From positions 3,100,001 to 3,164,000 of the forward strand of contig CATOCA020000001.1 in assembly GCA_951406725.2 (NCBI GenBank): a stretch of 64,000 nt of DNA, in the 5' to 3' direction. This DNA comes from Octopus vulgaris (taxonomy: Eukaryota). Within the stretch, counting starts at the first letter, position 1, and each line of letters opens with the position of its first letter. The notes beneath the pieces were generated by a model, which saw nothing but the letters and a program-made list of their open reading frames with translations, had not been told where the DNA came from and ran no database searches. Positions 55,357-64,000 of this stretch are shown one piece after another. The translations under genes and the position numbers were made by a program.

Positions 55357-55457
55357 CGTCTCCAAAGTTTGCAGACAAGGGAGTGCAAATAGATTTACAA
55401 TTATTAGAGCCTATATCCGAGCAAAGTGTTGAGTATAAAATAAGAGTTCCCAATTGA
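55357..55457 (+). CDS. Duplicated alternative exon cassette 2 (paralog of exon 9)
   Basis: ttatttcag acceptor, phase 1; ASPKFADKGVQIDLQLLEPISEQSVEYKIRVPN-TGA, clearly homologous to exon 9. Confidence 0.45.
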
Positions 55458-58429
55458 TTTCTATAAGATTTAATTTACCTGGGTATATTGTGTTTGAAAG
55501 AATAACTGAAAATAGGATCCACTCCTATTTTCCAATTGAACGATTAGCTGTATAATAATTCTGTTAAAGATATCGATATTACTGAAAGTTTATGAAATAT
55601 CGCTCCAAGTTAGCACGGTCGGTAACAGTGTTGAAAATAGAGGACACAATAGAGTTCATTCTGTCATTTGATCACGAAATTAATAATGCTGTTTAACCCT
55701 TAACTTCCAAACTTTTATTCATACTTTTTGGCTTTGCCTGATGTCTCAGGAGTTACAATAATACATAGTATTTAGATTTTCTTCATATGTGAAATATTTT
55801 GGAAATTATGATAATTGTTTCGATAAGTCCCAAATGGGGATCGCTGAGAAAAAGCATATTTATCTTTTTCTATTCAATTGCAATAATAAAGATTTTAGTT
55901 TTTCTGAAACTAGAGTATCAAATGCGAATGTGTATGAAATATCAATGAATGATATAGAAGGGAAATGCAAGAAAATAAAAGAAAGAACCTTTCAAAACAG
56001 TCAATATTTTTGTAGTTCAAAAATTGCGATTTATGATATAAATGTCCTCTAGAATTAGCCAGAGTTAATAATGACAAAATTTAATTACTAAATATTGCTA
56101 AACACACCTCTACAAATGCAATGTAAGCAAGCAATTTACTTAAAATACAACGAACAACCGGCAGTGAAACTATTTTTATCAGATCCTCAAATGGGGCTCT
56201 TGGCAGGCCATGGGTTAAATGTAAGCAGGAGAATTATGATTTTGTTTGTTTTTCATTCTTACTGTTTATGGATAGGCAGTTATTGTTATTGTTGTTGTTG
56301 TTGTTTAGGCAGATGTCTCTCATAATCTCGCAGAGTTACAATGAAATGTGTTCCAACTGTGAACATACTTTTTTCACTGAAAGTAAATCTATCATTACAT
56401 GCACTAAACGTTGTCTTTGTCCAAGAAGAAGACTTTGGTTTCCTGCTGGGACAACCATTGTCTCACTCTCTTCGGGATAAATATTTGCTGCAAGATACAA
56501 TACAATAAATGACATCGTCCTCATCATTTATCATCTGATTTCTATAACCAGAGGTACCTGGTCATAGCCTCAGTGAAAAACACAGATCTACCCGTCAGAT
56601 ATTCCATTCTCTCATTTTCTTAATCATCACACAAGGAACTGCTAAAATGCAGCGTTTTGTTGTGTACGGCGGATTGTGGTAGCAGTCAGGGTAGAATATG
56701 ATATATCTCCACCCTGCAGTTTGTAATTGTACATCTGAACTCCTTCTAGTGTTAACGACTTTTGTAATGGTCAAGTTAAACATTGCCAGAAAATCACGGA
56801 TTTCTCCCTATAGTACTAAGCTCAACTGGGGTATATCAGTGTTTTTAGCTGGCGAGACGACTGGTGTAGCTATTTCTGTGTTTATCGACAATTCATGGGA
56901 CGGAAGTGTTTTGGAAATGGTGTTGTATGAACTGTGTGCAATATTTTAGTTAAATTAGGAAGATTTGAGTTGTTATATCACGAATTATGTCGGATGTCGC
57001 TGTTACAAAATATTGTCTCTTCAAATCTTTTAACAATGATTTAAAACTTTTATTTTTGCTGTTACTTTTTCTTAGATACATTAAATTTATCGTTCCATCC
57101 ACTAAGCATTGTCTTTATCGAAGTAATGACTTTGGTTTGCTGCTGAGAAACCATTGTCTCTTTCTCTTTCAAGATAAATACTAGCTGCATCTTACAATAC
57201 AATCGAATACATCCTCATCATTTATCGTCTGATGTTCTTTCTAAAATGTATTTGATGGGCGGTCTCTACCCAAGACACTTCCTATTCTGAGATACTATCC
57301 ACCTCCATTGGTTGAGGGACATATGTCTCTCAAAGATACCCGCTTTTCTACCGATTGACTCTCAGGTTCAAGATCTGAAGCTCATTTCTCAACATTTCCT
57401 TCCATTTTTCTTGAGGTTCTCTCCACATTTACAGATCGGTGCTCTTTATACAGCTGATCTTATTCATACATATCACATGGTCATACTGGCACAGTCGTCT
57501 GTCTTGCGTACTACATACATGTGATAACTCTCGACTTTTATCTCAAAACATGTCAGCATTTTATACCTGCACACTGACAGTGACCATCCAGTGGAGCATG
57601 CTGGTTCCATTTTGTTCAAGCCTTGACACGTCCTCTGTGTTCACAACATACATTTCACTACTATGTAGCATACACAGCTGTTCATACACAGGCTGCCCAT
57701 TGGTGATCAGAAACTCCCACAATAATAAAATATATATTATTAATATCTAGATTTAAAATATTTTATTATAAATTTTAAAAAAGCATTGAAATATTTATTT
57801 CAGGGTTTCTCAAGTCTCAGAACAAGCAGGTAAATAGGTTTACCTGAGCTATTTTGTTCGTAGGAATTATTTAGTATATGTTCTATTCCTAAATTTCAAT
57901 TGCACGTTTTAGCTGTAAAGTGATTATATTAAATGGATCGATATTACTGAAATTTCATAAATTGTCCACTCAAGTTAACATGGTTGGTAAAATGGATAAT
58001 TTAGAAGACACAATAGATTGAATATTCTCTTTTTGAAAGGGTATATATAATATGTTATTCTTTATCAGGTGAGTTAATGATTTTGTTTGTTTTACATTTT
58101 ACTACGTTTACTGACTGGTTATTGTTGTTGTTATTCAAGCAGGTGCCTCTCATTATCTGGTTCACTTACAAGGAAATACATTCCTAGTTTGAAACCTTGT
58201 CTTTGTTGAAGACTTGTAAATCTATCACTACATCCATTAAACATTGTCTTTGTCCAAATGGAAGACTTTCGTCTGTTGCACAGACAACCATTGCCTCTTT
58301 CCCATTCATAAATATAAATACTGACTGTATGATGCAATGCAAGCCAATGCATTGAAAGAAATGACACTCGTATTGAAGGAAGAAAGGATACTGAACATTT
58401 TAGATAGCCTAGTTCAATATTTAAAAGAT

Positions 58430-58905
58430 GAGAAGTCATCTTGTTTGTTGTTAACACAACGTTTAGTCTGATATACCCTCCAGCCTTAATCAGGTGCCTT
58501 AGGGAAATTTCGAACCTGGAGGTATTAATAACACGCACCAAGTATGGATTCAGGACATCCGTATACTACAAGCCGACCTTTACTAGACGATACTTCAACT
58601 TCATTTCCCACCATCCATACAGTGTAAAGAGAGGGATTGCTCAGTGCCTAAAACATCGACTACAAAATATAAGTAACGGTCGTGAAACCCACCACGAAGA
58701 AATGATCACGCTAATTAACAATCTATTAAGTAACAACTACCCCAAAATATACAATCCACTCTAATTATGAAGAAAAGAGAGGATGAAACCATTGAACTGT
58801 CCACAGTCTGTCTACCCTATGTGAAAGGCCTCTCCGAAAAGATACAAAAGATATGCGGCCCATATAACATCAGGACATTATTCAAGGGTAATACAACACT
58901 TCTTC
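58430..58905 (+). mobile_element. Penelope-like element remnant
   Basis: FRTSVYYKPTFT..YFNF.SHHP.SVKRGI..L..R and CLPYVKGLSEKI (PLE RT thumb and linker). Confidence 0.75.
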
Positions 58906-59403
58906 CTTCTGCATTTGGTGATGATGTCACTCACACCAGAATTCTCTCTGATCGCTTGATTACGGATATATATCACCGCACTGTAATGTGACATCCGACA
59001 TAATTTAACAATATTGCAATTACTTCACGTAATTATCTCTTTATAACACTGTTTCTCATTAGTTTAGTTTTCCTCTCTTATATCTGTACCTTAAACTCGC
59101 TCAAATGCAGAGAGATACGAAAGGAAAGGCATAGAGGAAGAATACTGTTATAAAGAGGTAATTAAATAATTTCAATCTTGTTAAATTATGCTGGATATCT
59201 GAATACAGAGAGGATAGATAGGAAATTTGCGCATATTTTGAAGGCTCAAAATATTGTGTTAAACAGTATGAGTTGCTCACCAAAGATATAGTGGTCACCC
59301 GTTTACCATTTAAGATATAAATGTCGAAGAAAATCAAAATATAGATTAGGAAATATAACCAAATCATAAAATAAAATGTAATAAATGAAAATATTCATTT
59401 CAG

Positions 59404-59454
59404 CTTGTGGAAGAGGTTTTGCCAAATGGACCCAACCCAGTTCAAAACAATATG
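59404..59454 (+). CDS. Exon-like cassette 4 (51 nt, intact AG / GTGAGT)
   Basis: attttcag acceptor and GTGAGT donor; length is a multiple of 3 and the frame is open; flanks homologous to the other cassettes. Confidence 0.4.
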
Positions 59455-60139
59455 GTGAGTTTAAATTTATATTACCTTATCGATTTCCATAAAGATTCTG
59501 TGATATTTCACTGATAGTAAATTTACCATGACTTTGTATGAGGTAAATTTGGTGTTGACAATTTTGGGGACATCTGACGTTTCTTTCCTCTACACCTGTG
59601 TAGAATTAGTTATTACTCACTTGGGATGAAATCTATTTCATTCAGGGGTCTTCAAATATTTTCTACATTAGATGACATTCTGGTGAACGTAGATGTGGGT
59701 AGTTAAAATCAAAGATTACCAGAAGCAATGTTTCACACAGAGAGTAGGTGCTTGTTGTCTAAAGTGAAGCGGTGTGAAATGTATTTGAAGATAGATATTT
59801 GATGATTAACCTTGTTGACATTGGAAGTGAGCAGAAAATTATAAGAATGTCTGATTAGTGAGTTCTACTGTAGATGTGAAAACGCCATGTCATAGATGCG
59901 TCACAAATACGCAGGTTGATGTGGGCAGTTAAAATCAAAGATTACCAGAAGCAATGTTTCACAGAGAGAGCAGGTACTTTCTGTCTAACGGTAAGTGGTG
60001 TGACCAGATTTTGTAGATAGATATATGGTTATCCACTTGCTTGACATTGGAGTTGAGCAGAAAACGAGAAGTTTGGTTCGTGAGGTTTACTACGGTAGAG
60101 GTGAAAACGTTATGTCATAGATGTGACAGAAATACCACC

Positions 60140-60620
60140 TTGACCATGGTCGACTGACTGAGTGTATTGACGACACCAGAGATCACAGTGCACCTCCACT
60201 TCTGTCTTCATCTTGACCTTCTCACCTACGTAGCATGTCGTATTTCGTCAAACACTCACTTTTGGATTCGCTCTCAGTGACCTCCTCTGCTCGCGTATAT
60301 AACTCTCAACAACTGTGCATCCCTAAATAATTTCAGTGAGCTGGCTACCTGTCCCATCTGAAATGTTGGCATAAGTTTTTAGTGATGATGTCTCTCACAC
60401 CTGATTTCTCTATGATCGCCTCACTCTTGATGTGCAAATTTAGCAACACTCCCAAACCTCGATTTTTCGATTGTGCTTTGGGCCATTATCAGACTCACAC
60501 CCTCCCTCTTCGTCGTGTACCAGCTTTCACACCTGTTGTAAATTGTAGGTAAATAACTGTCGTTGAAGAGGTTTATACGATTGGTCCAATCCAGCTTCGT
60601 TTTGAGATCAACTTTCATAT
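60140..60620 (-). mobile_element. RTE-like LINE 3' remnant
   Basis: Degenerate LFNDSYLP..CESW..TK and GR..RW-type fragments. Confidence 0.4.
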
Positions 60621-61069
60621 ATCAACGCAATGTATTGTGACATCCAACATAATTTAACAATATTGCAATTCCTTCACGTAATTATCTCTTTATAGCACTG
60701 TTTTTCAGTAGTTGAGTTATCCTCTCTTTATACCTGTGCCTTAAACTCCCTGAAAATCAGAGAAATACGGAAGGAAAGAGAAAACAAAAAGCAAAATATT
60801 GTTATAAAGAGACAATGAAATTAAATAATTACAATATTGTTTAATTATATTTGATGTCTGAATACAGAGAGTATAGATAGGAAATTAGTTAATATTTTGG
60901 TGGCCCTTTATATAGAGTTTTGTTATATTGAAAGCTTGCTGACCAAAAGCATAGTGGTCAGCCGTTGACCATTGAAAATAGAAATATGTCACAATAGTGA
61001 AATATAGATTATTAACAAAGATAAGCACATCATGCTATACAACGCAACTCTTGAAAATAGTCATTTCAG

Positions 61070-61156
61070 ATATTCTGACACGAAGTATATTTCAAAGAGC
61101 CAGTATCCGTCACCGTTTAAGATTACCTTCTGGAGTAGATGAATCAGAGGAAGATA
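61070..61156 (+). CDS. Exon-like cassette 5 (87 nt, intact AG / GTAAGT)
   Basis: catttcag acceptor, GTAAGT donor, phase 1-1; DILTRSIFQRASIRHRLRLPSGVDESEED. Confidence 0.45.
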
Positions 61157-62899
61157 GTAAGTATGAAATAATTTCAAGTTACCGATTTCTATACATTTCA
61201 CCTTCTCCCGAGCTTTTGTATGTTAGAACGACTGAGTACAGATTCTATTCCTTAATTAGATTCGAAAGTTTTGTTGTATAATAATTCTATTCAATATATC
61301 GATATTACAGAAATTTCACAAAATATCCAACGAGGTTAGCGTGGTTTGTAAAGTGAAAAATTGAAACGGGAATATAATTAGTATAGTTTTGAGAAAGAGA
61401 GAACTAAGCTAATTTGTTTAGGAATATAAATTTTGAGTTAATGACAGCCGTTTTTGTCACATTTTTTACAAAGTTTACTCGTAGGTTATTATTGTTATTG
61501 TTGTTATTTAAACGGATGTTTCTCATAATCTAGAAGAATTACAATGAAATGCGTTCCAAGTGTAAGCTCTCTGTTATGTTACACTGGTAGTAATTTTATT
61601 ATTACATCCACTACACATTGTCTTTTCCCGAATAGAAAACATTTCTTTGCTACTGTGATAATCGGTATCTGCCTTTCTTACTTCATGAAAGATACAGGTT
61701 GCACGATGCAAGTGAATCACAGGCAACAACCCCGACATTTATCGTCAGATTTCCAGGCTCCTATGGACTAGATGAGTTGTCACTGTCCAAGTCAGTTCTT
61801 CTTCAGAACGAAATTAGTTAATATTTTGGTGGCTCTTAATAAAGAGTTTTGTTATATTGAAAGTGTAAAGCGTGCTGACCAAAAGCATAGTGGTCAGCCG
61901 TTGACCATTAAAAATGAAGATATCTTACGGTAATGGAATATTTTTGATTAATAGATATAATCATATTATAGTGTAAAATGGAAAACTTGAAAATATATTT
62001 TTCCGACACATAGTCGCAAACAATACTGTCTCAAAACTTTCCTATGCTTGAAACAGAATCATTTGATCATGAGTATAAAATATCATTACCTTATCGATTA
62101 CTGTAAATTTTAACTTTACTGAATGACTGACAACATCTTCCAATCCACATTTTGCATTTGAAAAGTTTGCTGCATAATAATTCTATTAAATATATCGATA
62201 TTATTGTAATTTCACAAAATATCCGATGTGGTGAGCATGGTTTGTAAAATGGATAACTTCGAAGACAATAGATTTAATATTTTACTTTGGAAGAGAAAAC
62301 TAATATTTGTAGTTGTTTCGCGATAAACATTCGTGTTAATGACATTTCTCTTTGTTTTACATTTTATAATATGTTTGCTGATAGATTAATGTTGTTATCT
62401 TGGCTGATATTTCTATAAAGATACTTTGAAAAGTATTTCAAGTATAAGCAGTCTGTTTTATTTCACAGATATTTCATTACATACGCTAAACATTGCCCTT
62501 ATCCAACTTACTTCTGTGATAGTTGTTGTCTATATCTCTTACTTCAAAACAGATACTGGTTGAAAGATACTATACAATAATTGACAATCTCTTCATCCTT
62601 CATCGTCTGATTACCATGCTCCCACCTCTTGATCGGATAGCAGACACATCTCAGTTAACCATTCTAGGTTTTATATGAGAGTATAATTTCCTAAAACAAA
62701 CCATTTGATAAAGTGTCCTAAGTGCATTTTATTGTGGTACAAGCAAAAGAAACGCTGATGTCTTTCTAATAAAACCTCAAAGAAAGTCAGGAATTAAACT
62801 TTTAGCTGAGAGTTTGCAGCAAGAAGGGAGGAAAGAGCAAAAACTGCATTATATAAGCATTATATAATAGTAAGGGGTTGTGGTATAAAATTGAAGGGA

Positions 62900-63500
62900 T
62901 TTATGACTGATATAAGGCAGGAAGAGTTCACTTATGAAAGGAATCTGAATCACAATTAATTGGCCAATTGAAATTAGTTTCAATCCTTAATGACAAGCTT
63001 TACGTGGATGTACATGCTAAGAGATCACCTATACACCTACAAAATAATTGATATGTGATGGAAAGTGTGCAGATGACTGGAATCCGCTGACTTTCTTGGT
63101 TTGTAGGACATGAAAATGTCAAACTTGGATCAACACAAAAAGAAGAATTGAAGTAATTTGAATGTTGTATGGCTTGATCGCTCTAAAGCATATGGTTGTG
63201 TACCATGCAAATTATTGATGAAATCAATAAACTTTTTTTACACACTGGGGAAAATTTAAGATCTGATGATGAGCTGTTATAACAATTTCAAAAGGCAGTT
63301 CATTACAAACCATTTTACAGAGACTGTCATCGATATTGGAGCAGGGTGCACAATATTAATCCTTCAGTTTGGAGATATTACTTAGATCAGTTGTCTCCTC
63401 AAAAGAAATGACCCAAGTGAAAGCACCAGACAAGACATTCATGGATGACATAAAAATACTATGTTGAGACCAAAATGTTATGCAAATATTTCTGGATAGC
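62900..63500 (+). mobile_element. Possible highly degraded piggyBac-like transposase remnant
   Basis: Fragments GENL..DDELL..FK.. resemble PGBD G..LxxDExL..FKG; many stops. Confidence 0.3.
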
Positions 63501-64000
63501 CGGGTGGACTGATTACTTTGTCAAGAATTTGACTTAGAGCAAATAAATAATACAATCTGTTACTTGTGGAAGATCAGCAGAACAGAGTGAAGTTCAAAGT
63601 AGCTGGAGAAACTATGATTGATTGATTGATTGATTCTAGTTTCAGCTCATGAGCAGTGGCCATGCTGAGGCACCGCATACATGCATACATTCAGGGAAAA
63701 ACTTATAAAAGTTTCAGACAGTGTTGCGCTGCCTCTTTGTCCAATAATTGTAAGGGCATTAAGATGAAAACGAAAACATGGGAATGGGTTAAAAGAATGA
63801 GAGTATTCGAAACTTCTTGGCAAACGTAAGATTCAATGCTTCCAGTTTGATCTATATTTGCGTCATGCTTATATATGCTTAATTGTCAGTTATTGTGTAT
63901 CATTTCGGATATGTTTATGCAATAGTATGTAGATGACCAGTTAAATGTAGTTAATAAGGTTTTGTGCAAGTGTACAATGTTTCAGGATACCTGCTGTCGC

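Larger units (their letters stand above)
52900..62660 (+). repeat. Diverged tandem segmental array of ~1-2.4 kb intron-exon units
   Basis: Recurring motifs: gaccaaaa..tggtca..gttgacca (53815, 55218, 59278, 60940, 61876); gttaXcXtggttXgtaaa (54160, 55608, 57973, 61335, 62231); catccactaaacattgtc (53028, 56397, 58231, 61604, 62480). Confidence 0.8.

Overview
Eukaryotic (metazoan) genomic DNA, AT-rich and saturated with microsatellites and transposon relics. The SINE families and repeat landscape suggest Octopus/cephalopod (inference). One spliced protein-coding gene can be built on the + strand (31390-54025, 9 phase-consistent coding exons, ~397 aa). It has ~8 ankyrin repeats plus a C3HC4 RING and resembles the C-terminal half of Mind bomb (MIB1/MIB2). 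Its 3' end runs into a tandem array of six short exon-like cassettes whose intronic flanks are homologous but whose exons diverge. The rest is Helitron, CR1/L2-type LINE, R4- and RTE-like LINE, Penelope-like, Gypsy and mariner remnants, many tRNA-derived SINEs, MITE-like hairpins and a 4.5 kb polypurine tract. The standout unexplained feature is an ORF-less, near-identical 536-bp tandem array (19011-20870). Each unit carries an intact type I hammerhead ribozyme on the minus strand, and the array ends in an inverted partial copy. This is the architecture of a retrozyme / Penelope-mobilised element that could yield a ~536-nt self-cleaved (circular) RNA. All calls were made by eye; no searches or folding programs were run.
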